Source: Patescibacteria group bacterium (GTDB lineage Bacteria; Patescibacteriota; Patescibacteriia; CAIXNZ01). Taken from it: a DNA stretch of 64,000 nt. The DNA is taken from positions 5,425 to 69,424 of the forward strand of contig JAQTMG010000004.1 in the NCBI GenBank assembly GCA_028714455.1, written 5' to 3'. This document shows, one piece after another, positions 36,417 to 45,110 of this stretch. Both the position numbers and the translations under genes were made by a program. Below the pieces are notes generated by a model. The model searched no databases. It was not told where the DNA came from and worked only from the letters and a program-made list of their open reading frames with translations. Position 1 is the first letter of the stretch. Every line of letters begins with the position of its first letter.

Positions 36417-36890
36417 ATGAAGTGTCCAGTTTGCAGTTACAAGGAAACAAAGGTCATTGATTCCAGAATAGCCCTAGACGGCATAACCGTTCGGCGCAGA
36501 CGCGAATGTCTAAAATGCGGTTTTCGCTTTAGCACGTACGAGGAGGTCGAGCTCCTTGATTTGATGGTTTTGAAGCGCGATGGTTCGAAACAGGCTTATT
36601 CTAGAGAAAAACTCGAACAAGGATTGAGAAAATCATTAGAAAGAAGGCCTATCTCTGAAGAGCAGTTTCGCCTGCTGGTCAACAAAATCGAAAGAGACAT
36701 CCAGGCCCTGAAGAAAAGCGAAATTTCCAGCAAAGAGATTGGCGAGATTGTCATGAAAGAACTTAAAAAAAAGGATCCAGTCGCTTATATAAGATTTGCC
36801 TCCGTTTATCGCGCCTTTCAGGATCTGGAGAGCTTTCAAAAAGAAATTAATGCCGTTTTTAAAAGTAAAAAGAAGAGAGATAAGAACTAA
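36417..36890 (+). CDS. nrdR: Transcriptional repressor NrdR
   Basis: MKCPVC..TKVIDSR..RRRRECLKCGFRFSTYE, ATP cone, VAYIRFASVYR; start placed at ATG 36417. Confidence 0.96.
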   Translation: MKCPVCSYKETKVIDSRIALDGITVRRRRECLKCGFRFSTYEEVELLDLMVLKRDGSKQAYSREKLEQGLRKSLERRPISEEQFRLLVNKIERDIQALKKSEISSKEIGEIVMKELKKKDPVAYIRFASVYRAFQDLESFQKEINAVFKSKKKRDKN

Positions 36891-37001
36891 TGGCCCAAAA
36901 GAGCTATAGCCAAAAGGCAAATTGGTTTGGTTTTAACCTTTTAGCCTATTAGCCCATAGTTCCTATAATTCCTATAAATAAAATAATTTTAGTAAATAAA
37001 T

Positions 37002-39056
37002 ATGGGTAAGATTTCTAAGCTTAAAAAAAGAGATGATCGCATCGTAGACTTTGATTTGAGTAAGGTTGAATTGGCGATTTACAAGGCCATGGAGGGAGTG
37101 GGAGATCCGAACAAGAAGAAGGCCAAAAAAATCGCTCTTGATGTTGAGAAAGAACTGAATAAGAAATTCCACGAGAGAAGTATTCCGGCCGTAGAAGAAG
37201 TCCAAGATCTTGTTGAGGTTGCTTTGATAAAAAATAAGCAGATAAAAACGGCCAAGGCCTATATCTTATACCGCGATCAGCACGCCCAGATTAGAAATCT
37301 GAAAGCCATGATCGATTCTGATTCTTTGATCGAAGGCTACCTGTTTCAGAGCGACTGGCGAGTCAAGGAAAATAGCAACATGGCCTATTCGTTGCAGGGC
37401 TTAAATAACCACGTGGCTTCGGCCGTCTCCTCTCATTACTGGCTGCACAAGGTGTACCCGCAGGAAGTGCGTGATGCCCATTTGAATGCCGATATTCATA
37501 TACATGATTTGCAGACGCTGGCTTCTTATTGTTGCGGCTGGGATTTGCGTGATTTATTGATGAGAGGCTTTGGCGGCGTTGAGGGCAAAGTAAGCTCAAA
37601 ACCACCGAAGCATTTTAGAACCGCCCTGGGCCAGATGGTGAACTTTTTTTACACTGTGCAGGGAGAAATAGCCGGCGCCGTGGCTTTCTCAAATTTTGAC
37701 ACTTATTTGGCTCCCTTTATCGCTTATGACAATCTAACATACGATGACGTGAAGCAATGCATTCAGGAATTTATTTTTAACATGAACGTGCCGACTCGCG
37801 TAGGCTTTCAGACGCCGTTTACCAATCTTACCCTTGATTTAAAAGTGCCTGACATGATGAAGGAGGAGCCTGTCATTATCGGTGGTAAATTTCAGGAAAA
37901 GACTTATAAGGATTTTCAGAAAGAAATGGATTTGCTCAATAACGCTTTTACCGAAGTCATGATCGCCGGCGATGCTCACGGTCGCGTCTTTACCTTTCCC
38001 ATCCCGACTTATAATATTACCAAGGATTTTGACTGGCAAAACGAGGTAGTTGATAAGATTATGGAGATGACCGCCAAATACGGTATTCCTTATTTTTCAA
38101 ATTTTGTTAACAGCGACATGAAGCCCGAAGACGCGCGCAGCATGTGCTGCCGCCTTCGCCTGGATAATCGCGAGTTAAGGAAAAAGGGCGGCGGTCTTTT
38201 CGCTGCCAACCCGCTGACCGGTTCAATCGGCGTAGTGACTATTAATCTCGCTCGCATCGGCCACTTGGCGAAGAATAAAGAAGAATACAAAGAACGCCTA
38301 GAGAGGATGATGATTATTTCGAAAACCAGCCTGGAACAAAAACGCAAGATAGTAGAAAAATTTACCGAGGAGGGTCTTTATCCTTACTCCCGTTATTACT
38401 TGCAGGATATCAAAAATAAATACGGTGAATATTGGAAGAACCATTTTAATACCATCGGCATCAACGGTATGAATGAAGCAGCCCAAAATCTTCTTGGCAA
38501 AGACATCACTACGCCAGAGGGTCGAGAATTTGCGCTCGAGATACTGAATTTTATGAGGGAAAAGATGATGGATTATCAATTAGAGACAAACAGCTTGTTC
38601 AATCTGGAAGCCACGCCAGCCGAAGGCACCTCTTATCGCTTTGCCAAGGCTGATAAAGAGAGATTCCCTGATATTATTTGCGCCAATGAGCAGGCTTATC
38701 GAGAAAAAGGCGCGGAACCATACTATACTAACTCATCCCAACTGCCGGTTAGCTTTACTGATGATATGTTTGAGGCTCTTGATTTGCAAGATGATCTGCA
38801 GACGCGCTATACTGGAGGTACAGTCTTCCACGGTTTTGTCGGCGAGAAGATGCCCTCGATTGAGGCGACGAAAAGCTTAGTTAAAAAAATCGCCGAGAGA
38901 TATCATCTGCCTTACTTTACCATCACGCCGACATTCAGCATATGTCCCGTTCACGGCTATATAGCGGGAGAACATTTTTTCTGTCCTAAATGCGATCAGG
39001 AGATCGGTTATATCGAGGCGGAACCGGAAAAGAAGCTAGAATTTGCCAATAATTAA
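37002..39056 (+). CDS. nrdD: Class III (anaerobic) ribonucleotide reductase, ATP-cone + catalytic barrel, lacking the glycyl-radical tail
   Basis: ATP cone, WRVKENSN, IHIHDL, RSMCCRL, EATPAEG, YTGGTVFH, CPVHG..CPKC, then stop. Confidence 0.93.
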   Translation: MGKISKLKKRDDRIVDFDLSKVELAIYKAMEGVGDPNKKKAKKIALDVEKELNKKFHERSIPAVEEVQDLVEVALIKNKQIKTAKAYILYRDQHAQIRNLKAMIDSDSLIEGYLFQSDWRVKENSNMAYSLQGLNNHVASAVSSHYWLHKVYPQEVRDAHLNADIHIHDLQTLASYCCGWDLRDLLMRGFGGVEGKVSSKPPKHFRTALGQMVNFFYTVQGEIAGAVAFSNFDTYLAPFIAYDNLTYDDVKQCIQEFIFNMNVPTRVGFQTPFTNLTLDLKVPDMMKEEPVIIGGKFQEKTYKDFQKEMDLLNNAFTEVMIAGDAHGRVFTFPIPTYNITKDFDWQNEVVDKIMEMTAKYGIPYFSNFVNSDMKPEDARSMCCRLRLDNRELRKKGGGLFAANPLTGSIGVVTINLARIGHLAKNKEEYKERLERMMIISKTSLEQKRKIVEKFTEEGLYPYSRYYLQDIKNKYGEYWKNHFNTIGINGMNEAAQNLLGKDITTPEGREFALEILNFMREKMMDYQLETNSLFNLEATPAEGTSYRFAKADKERFPDIICANEQAYREKGAEPYYTNSSQLPVSFTDDMFEALDLQDDLQTRYTGGTVFHGFVGEKMPSIEATKSLVKKIAERYHLPYFTITPTFSICPVHGYIAGEHFFCPKCDQEIGYIEAEPEKKLEFANN

Positions 39057-39100
39057 TCAATTTTATATCTATCTGCCCGCGGCAGGTAGCCAGGAGGAGT

Positions 39101-39241
39101 ATGAATACCAAGATGACAAGAACTCCATGCGAAGTGTATTCCAGAGTTGTGGGATACATCCGTCCGGTCAATCAGTGGAACAAGGGCAAGCGCGCTGAAT
39201 TCACGGATCGTAAGGAGTTTAACAAACAACTCGAGCAGTAG
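39101..39241 (+). CDS. Stand-alone glycyl-radical peptide of NrdD (46 aa; not in ORF track)
   Basis: AGGAGG RBS; MNTKMTRTPCEVYSRVVGYIRPVNQWNKGKRAEFTDRKEFNKQLEQ contains the RxxGY radical motif. Confidence 0.88.
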   Translation: MNTKMTRTPCEVYSRVVGYIRPVNQWNKGKRAEFTDRKEFNKQLEQ

Positions 39242-39271
39242 TTCTTTCAATCTTCAAGTTCTTTAAGTTAT

Positions 39272-39304
39272 GCCCCGTTCTGGTTCTTGCTCCGGGGCTT
39301 TTTT
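39272..39304 (+). terminator. Probable terminator
   Basis: GCCCCG..CGGGGC-TTTTTT. Confidence 0.55.
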
Positions 39305-39344
39305 CGTTATAAGATGTTCATACCAGGATTTAATGATTAAAAGG

Positions 39345-40049
39345 ATGATTAAAATAGCGGGTTTACAAAAGATGACGCTCATCGATTATCCAGGCAAAGT
39401 GGCTGCCATTGTTTTTTTGGCTGGCTGTAATTTTCGTTGCGGTTATTGTCACAATTCTGAACTAGTCCAACCTGATGGCGAAAAGGATTTTTTTTCAGAA
39501 CAAGATTTTTTTAATTTTTTGAAAAAGAGAAAAGGGCTCTTAGACGGCGTTTGCATCACAGGCGGTGAGCCGCTTTGTCACGAAGAAAAAGAGCTGGCCG
39601 AATTTTTTAAAAAAATTAAGGGATTGGGTTTTTTGATTAAGCTGGATACGAATGGCTACAATTTTTTGACGCTCAAGAATCTGGTCGCCAAAAAGGGCCT
39701 CATTGATTATATCGCCATGGACGTGAAAGTTCCGCTCGACAAATATGGCGAACTGACAAGCCTGGACGGCGACTTTGAAAATATACAAAAAAGCATCGAT
39801 TTGATTATGAAGAGCGACGTTGATTATGAATTTAGAACAACGATTTTGCCGAAGTTTCATAGCGGCTTTGAATTTGAAAAACTACTTTGCCTGATAAAAG
39901 AGGCGAAGATATTATATCTGCAGAATTTTAGAAATAGAAAAACTCTTGATGAAAAATATGGGAAGGAGCTCGCTTTTAAAAGCGGTGATTTAGAGCGCAT
40001 GAAGGAGCTGGCCCTTAAATTCGTTAAAAAATGTGAGATTAGAAATTAG
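39345..40049 (+). CDS. nrdG: Anaerobic RNR activating radical SAM enzyme
   Basis: IDYPGK, GCNFRCGYCHN, GVCITGGEP, KLDTNG, EFRTT; start placed at ATG 39345. Confidence 0.92.
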   Translation: MIKIAGLQKMTLIDYPGKVAAIVFLAGCNFRCGYCHNSELVQPDGEKDFFSEQDFFNFLKKRKGLLDGVCITGGEPLCHEEKELAEFFKKIKGLGFLIKLDTNGYNFLTLKNLVAKKGLIDYIAMDVKVPLDKYGELTSLDGDFENIQKSIDLIMKSDVDYEFRTTILPKFHSGFEFEKLLCLIKEAKILYLQNFRNRKTLDEKYGKELAFKSGDLERMKELALKFVKKCEIRN

Positions 40050-40352
40050 ATGACCAATTTTCAAAAAAAAGTCTTGAAATTAGTTTCGAATATTCCAAGA
40101 GGGAAAGTCTCGACTTATCAATTTTTAGCCAAGAAATTGGGCAACAAAAAATTAGCCCGAGCCGTGGGCAATGCCTTGAATAAAAATCAGAAATTAATAA
40201 CCATTCCTTGTCACCGCGTTGTCAAAAGCAATGGTTTAGTTGGCGGCTATAAACTCGGGACGGCTAGAAAAATTAAACTATTGGACAGCGAAGGGATAAT
40301 AATTAAAAAAGAAAAAATTGTTTGTTTGGCTGAATGTTTTTATAAATTTTAA
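40050..40352 (+). CDS. ogt: Methylated-DNA--protein-cysteine methyltransferase (MGMT family)
   Basis: IPRGKVSTY, ARAVGNAL, PCHRV active site. Confidence 0.9.
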   Translation: MTNFQKKVLKLVSNIPRGKVSTYQFLAKKLGNKKLARAVGNALNKNQKLITIPCHRVVKSNGLVGGYKLGTARKIKLLDSEGIIIKKEKIVCLAECFYKF

Positions 40353-40363
40353 ATTAATTTTAT

Positions 40364-40507
40364 ATGGCTAAAAAATGTAAAGAGTGCGGAGTTCCTTTTG
40401 AGGGATTTTTATACAACACACTGGGTAGGTTGTTCAGAATCAAACCTTCAGAAAAAAATCCCGAGATTTGTAATAAATGCGATAAGGATCCGGCTCCACT
40501 TTTTTAA
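40364..40507 (+). CDS. 47-aa CxxC/CxxC putative zinc-binding protein (not in ORF track)
   Basis: MAKKCKECGVPFEGFLYNTLGRLFRIKPSEKNPEICNKCDKDPAPLF; starts 11 nt after ogt. Confidence 0.7.
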   Translation: MAKKCKECGVPFEGFLYNTLGRLFRIKPSEKNPEICNKCDKDPAPLF

Positions 40508-40533
40508 AGGACATTTTAGAAGAATGGATAGGG

Positions 40534-40562
40534 TTGACAAAATGTTTATTTTGCGATACGAT
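40534..40562 (+). promoter_or_regulatory. Sigma70-type promoter
   Basis: TTGACA-17 nt-TACGAT. Confidence 0.6.
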
Positions 40563-40621
40563 AATTAATCGATACATTGTTTTAAAATTTTCTACCAAAA
40601 ACCCAAAAAAGGAGGGGAAGA

Positions 40622-40975
40622 ATGCGGGACAGGGTAGAAGTACCAAAATCATTGACGGATCTGGGCGGCACTTTCCAGGAAGATCCCACCCTAAGATTGG
40701 CGGGTAATTCGCAGGCGGCCGAAGCGCCACTGGCTGAAGAAGGAGGCGTTTATGCCGATGTGGTCGAGACAGCGGTGTGCGCTGGCGATGGTCGCTGCAT
40801 GGCTGGCCTTCGAGGTGAGCCGATCAGTAATTGTTTTGAATTCGATTGGCCGTGCGTGAGTCAGAACGGACGCCAAAAATCAATCGCCAAGCAGGGAATA
40901 AAGAGGATTCCCGTGGCCACGGTGAACGGAGTTCCTTTGGCTACTTATCTCGCGGGAAAAACAGGCGAGAAATAA
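40622..40975 (+). CDS. Hypothetical protein (four Cys)
   Basis: AAGGAGG RBS, own promoter and terminator. Confidence 0.6.
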   Translation: MRDRVEVPKSLTDLGGTFQEDPTLRLAGNSQAAEAPLAEEGGVYADVVETAVCAGDGRCMAGLRGEPISNCFEFDWPCVSQNGRQKSIAKQGIKRIPVATVNGVPLATYLAGKTGEK

Positions 40976-40982
40976 TATTTTT

Positions 40983-41023
40983 AAAAGGCGGCGCATCAGA
41001 AATGATGCGCCGTTTTTCTTTTT
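40983..41023 (+). terminator. Intrinsic terminator
   Basis: CGGCGCATCA-GAAA-TGATGCGCCG-TTTTT. Confidence 0.8.
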
Positions 41024-41065
41024 CAAGGTCTTTTCAAAAGAGTCTTTTTTTGTTAGAATTGGCAT

Positions 41066-42164
41066 ATGAAAGAAGCTGAATTAATAAATAAACTCAAGGA
41101 GTTAAACATCAAGATCTCCGAGGCCTGGGAGTTTCTTTGACATTGGCAAAAAGATTGATGAAGTCAAAAAATTAGATAAAGAAATAGCCGAAAAAGATTT
41201 TTGGTCAGACACAAAAAAAGCCAAAGCCATTAGTCAAAAAACTAGTGACCTAAAAAGCGAGATAGATATTTGGCAGAAATTGAAAAAAGAAATTGATGAT
41301 TTATCTGATTTAGCTAGAACAGATCAAGAAGATAAATCGGTGAATTTGCGTGAAGAGGTTGAAAAAGAATATGAGAAATTAAAAAAAGAATTTAAAAAGT
41401 TAGAATTTCAATTATTGTTCGGTGAAAAAAATGATGTCAATAACGCCATTTTGGCTGTTCACGCGGGTACGGGCGGCGTTGACGCTATGGATTGGACTCA
41501 GATGCTTTTGCGCATGTATCTGCGCTACTGCGAGCGAAAAGGATTTAAAACAAAAATAGTTGATGAAACTTTTGGTTCAGAAGCAGGCGTCAAAAGCGCC
41601 GTGGTCGAGATCTCCGGCAAATACGCCTATGGCAATTTAAAATCCGAAAACGGCGTGCATCGACTGGTGCGCATTTCACCATTTGACGCGGAAGCCATGA
41701 GGCACACATCTTTCGCTCTCGTTGAGGTAATTCCGGAGATTGCCGAGGACGCGGAAATAGAAATTAAACCAGAAGATTTAAAAATTGATACTTTTCGCGC
41801 TTCGGGTCATGGCGGTCAAAATATTCAAAAAACAGAATCAGCCGTGCGCATTACCCATTTGCCCACAAAAATTACTGTCGTTTGTCAGAGTGAGCGTTCA
41901 CAAGCACAAAACAAAGAGCGCGCCTTAAAAATTTTAAAATCAAAGTTATTTCAACTATCGCAAGCCATAGCCGAGGCGGAAAAAAAACAACTGCGTGGTG
42001 AATATTCTGAAGCGGCCTGGGGCAACCAGATTCGCTCCTATGTTTTGCAGCCATATCATTTGGTTAAAGATCATAGAACTGAATATGAGGAGGGCGACGT
42101 AGATTCTGTGTTAGATGGTAAATTGGATGGGTTTGTAGGAGCATATTTGAAACTTAAACGCTAA
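41066..42164 (+). CDS. prfB: Peptide chain release factor 2 with programmed +1 frameshift
   Basis: ATG at 41066, 24 codons ending CTT-TGA-C (41135-41141) preceded by GGGAG; +1 frame continues DIGKK..FWSD, with SPF and GGQ motifs. Confidence 0.95.
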
Positions 42165-42181
42165 ACCCTAAACTCTAAATA

Positions 42182-42451
42182 CCGCCGAATATAACAAATA
42201 TTGAAATCAGCAGGTAATTAATGCGATCCGGTTGCTCTATCGGAGCTAACTATATTGAAGCAAATGAATCGTTGAGTAAAAAAGATTTTGTCATGAGGGT
42301 GAAAATAAGTAAAAAAGAAGCAAAAGAAACTATCTATTGGTTAAATTTGAGTCAGCCAAATTTAGAGTTAGAGTCAACGAAGGAAAAGTTAATTCGTGAG
42401 AGTATGGAACTCATGAAGATTTTGGGCGCAATAGTTGAGAAATCAAAATAA
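42182..42451 (+). pseudogene. Four-helix-bundle (IVP-like) protein remnant
   Basis: ..NIEISR*LMRSGCSIGANYIEANESLSKKDF..SKKEAKETIYWL; in-frame TAA where Gln is typical; N-terminal helix absent. Confidence 0.75.
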
Positions 42452-42513
42452 GTATTTAAAATTTAGGATTTGTTATTTGTTTAGAGTTTAGATATTAGAA
42501 ATTAGAATTTGCT

Positions 42514-43188
42514 ATGTTAGACCAAAATGTCTGGATCGTTATTCCAGCGCACAATGAGGAAAAAAATATCAGCGGCGTTATTTCTGGCCTTAAAATTTTA
42601 ACGCCCAATATTATTGTTGTGAATGATGGCTCGACTGACGGGACTTCGGAAGTTTGTAAGGTTAATGAGGTTTATGTCATTGATCATTTGGTTAACCGAG
42701 GCCAGGGCGCTGCTTTACAAACAGGTACTGAATTTGCCTTAAATAAAGGCGCGGAGATTGTCGTGCATTTTGACGCTGATGGTCAGCATCAGGTTCAAGA
42801 TATTGAAAAAATAATTCAGCCGCTTTTACAAAACGAGGCCGATATTGTTTTTGGCTCGCGTTTTTTAGAAAATAAATCAAAAGTTCCCTGGTTTAAAAAA
42901 TATTTTATACTTAAGCCCGCCGCGTTTTTCAATTGGTTTTTCACGGGATTGAAATTGAGCGATGCGCACAATGGCTTTCGCGCGCTAAATAAAGAGTCAG
43001 CCAGAAAAATCAGGATAGAGCAGGATGGCATGGCCCACGCTACTGAAATTATGGAACAAGTTGTACGTCACGGCTTGCGCTTCAAGGAAGCACCCGTCGA
43101 AATAATTTACACGGACTATGGGCAGGGTTTTGTCGGCGGTTTGAAAATTTTAGAAGATTTATTTATCTCAAAAATAATTAAAAAATAA
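42514..43188 (+). CDS. Glycosyltransferase family 2 (polyprenol-phosphate/DPM1-like)
   Basis: VIPAHNEE, VVNDGSTD, NRGQGAAL, FDADGQH, GSRF, DAHNGFR. Confidence 0.92.
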   Translation: MLDQNVWIVIPAHNEEKNISGVISGLKILTPNIIVVNDGSTDGTSEVCKVNEVYVIDHLVNRGQGAALQTGTEFALNKGAEIVVHFDADGQHQVQDIEKIIQPLLQNEADIVFGSRFLENKSKVPWFKKYFILKPAAFFNWFFTGLKLSDAHNGFRALNKESARKIRIEQDGMAHATEIMEQVVRHGLRFKEAPVEIIYTDYGQGFVGGLKILEDLFISKIIKK

Positions 43189-43189
43189 T

Positions 43190-43522
43190 ATGCTCATCAA
43201 AATAGTTTTAATTCTCTTTATAGTTTTTGTCATCAGCAAAGTAGCTCTGCGCTACAAAGACAAAGCCATTTCTTTGCAAGAATTTATTTTGTGGACGATT
43301 TTTTGGCTGCTGGTCGGCTTTGTGGTGATTTTTCCCGAGACCACTTCTTACGTGGCCAATCTGCTCGGAGTAGGCAGGGGAGTTGATCTGGTCATTTACG
43401 TTTCCATTTTGATCTTGTTTTATCTGGTTTTCCGCGTGCTGACCAGACAGGATAAAATCGAAAAAGACGTTACCAGGATAGTTAGAGAAATCGCGCTAAA
43501 TGAGAAAAAGGCAAAGCAATAA
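43190..43522 (+). CDS. DUF2304-like membrane protein
   Basis: FP..TSYVANLLGVGRGVD..KIEKDVTRIVREIAL; typical partner of GT2. Confidence 0.8.
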   Translation: MLIKIVLILFIVFVISKVALRYKDKAISLQEFILWTIFWLLVGFVVIFPETTSYVANLLGVGRGVDLVIYVSILILFYLVFRVLTRQDKIEKDVTRIVREIALNEKKAKQ

Positions 43523-43531
43523 TTTTTTACG

Positions 43532-44374
43532 ATGGTTATTAAGCCCGAAGAAATAAAATTATTGGTTAAGGAATATGGAATTTGGCCCAGCAAAAATATG
43601 GGCCAAAACTTTTTAATTAATGAGGCGGTTTTGGAAAAAATTGTCAGAGCGGCTGATCTTCGCGCTGATGATTGTGTTTTGGAAATAGGACCGGGTTTTG
43701 GCATCTTAACCGAGGAACTTATTGAAAAAGTAAAAAAAGTTTTGGCCATTGAACTAGACAAACGTCTAGTTTATTTTTTAAAGCAGAAATTCAAGAGGCA
43801 AAATAATCTGGAAATTTTACAAAGCGATGTTTTAAAAATAAAAAATCAGGAAATTTTTGACAAGCTGGCTGGTGGTAGCGGCGGTTATAAAATCGTCGCC
43901 AACTTGCCTTATAACATCACCGGCGCCGCGCTGAAAAAATTTTTGTCTTATAATCCCAAACCCACGGAGATGATTTTACTGCTGCAAAAAGAAGTGGCTC
44001 AAAGAATTTTGGCCAAACCCCGTAAGATGAGTCTACTCTCGCTGTCGGTGCAATTTTATGGCGAGGCAGAGTTGGTTAGTTTGGTGAGTAAAGAAAGTTT
44101 TTACCCCAGGCCAAAAGTTGACAGCGCGATTATCAAAATTAGAATAAAAAAAGAGGCCATTTCCGGCTTGGTTGAGAACGAATTTTGGCGGTTGGCCAGA
44201 ATAGGTTTTAGTTCGCCCAGAAAACAGTTGCAAAACAATCTGTCCTCGGGCTTAAAAATAGACAAGGAAAAGGCGAAAAATGCTTTAAAGTACGCCAAGC
44301 TTGAACCCAATTGCCGCCCCTCTGATTTGAATCTGGCGCAGTGGATATCTTTATACCAAAAAATCATGGTTTGA
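43532..44374 (+). CDS. rsmA: 16S rRNA dimethyltransferase RsmA/KsgA
   Basis: GQNFL, LEIGPG, IELD, ANLPYNIT, QKEVAQR, FYPRPKVDSA. Confidence 0.96.
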   Translation: MVIKPEEIKLLVKEYGIWPSKNMGQNFLINEAVLEKIVRAADLRADDCVLEIGPGFGILTEELIEKVKKVLAIELDKRLVYFLKQKFKRQNNLEILQSDVLKIKNQEIFDKLAGGSGGYKIVANLPYNITGAALKKFLSYNPKPTEMILLLQKEVAQRILAKPRKMSLLSLSVQFYGEAELVSLVSKESFYPRPKVDSAIIKIRIKKEAISGLVENEFWRLARIGFSSPRKQLQNNLSSGLKIDKEKAKNALKYAKLEPNCRPSDLNLAQWISLYQKIMV

Positions 44375-44433
44375 CCGCATTTTTTATGGTATAATTAAAT
44401 AAGATTTAATGATATAATATAACCAACAGGCTG

Positions 44434-45090
44434 ATGCCCGAAAACAAAGGAAAAATCAAAGAGTTTTTTGAGCAAGAAGCCGATAAACTAGCGGAAAAAA
44501 TCGAGAGAACTCCGATAGAGAAGTTTTTTATATTTTTTTTGATAATGGTGACGGCCGCGGCTCTGGTCATGGGCTATTTGCAATTCAGAAAAAACATTGA
44601 CCAGCCGCTTTTTTCAAGTTATTTGAGTCAGAAAAGGGCGATCGAACAACAAAACTATTTAAATTCGACGCAGAACACAAATTCGGTTATTTTTTCACCG
44701 GCGGCTTTGAACTCGTCCGTGAATTTGAACGGCAATGTAAACGCCGAGTCAAATTCAAACACGAATGCAGCGGGGACTACTTTAAGCACCGATGATCTGG
44801 CAAAAATAGAGCAGATGCTTTTAAGCGGAGACGTTAGCCTTAAGGATTTGGGCATTGACGATCCCGCCTTACAGCAGCAGCTGGATGAAATTCGAACTAG
44901 CGGTTTAGCAGGCGCGCAACTTAGTCAGGCCGATCAGGAGGTTTTGGACAATTTGAAGAACCTGACTCCGGCCCAGATTCGTGATGAACTTGTAAAGCAA
45001 GGCATAGACAAAAATACCCTGGATCAGATTAGCGATGAGGATCTTAAAAATTTATTTCTACAAACCTTGAGTCAATATCAAAGCCAGTAA
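44434..45090 (+). CDS. Hypothetical single-TM protein with Asn-rich linker and helical C-terminus
   Basis: One TM, NxNxN stalk; first gene of the T4SS-like locus. Confidence 0.7.
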   Translation: MPENKGKIKEFFEQEADKLAEKIERTPIEKFFIFFLIMVTAAALVMGYLQFRKNIDQPLFSSYLSQKRAIEQQNYLNSTQNTNSVIFSPAALNSSVNLNGNVNAESNSNTNAAGTTLSTDDLAKIEQMLLSGDVSLKDLGIDDPALQQQLDEIRTSGLAGAQLSQADQEVLDNLKNLTPAQIRDELVKQGIDKNTLDQISDEDLKNLFLQTLSQYQSQ

Positions 45091-45110
45091 CATAATTAAT
45101 TTTTCCAGCC

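Noticed and set aside
39053-39250. Minus-strand ORFs 38986-39171 and 39053-39250
   Set aside because: Shadows of the plus-strand glycyl-radical peptide gene
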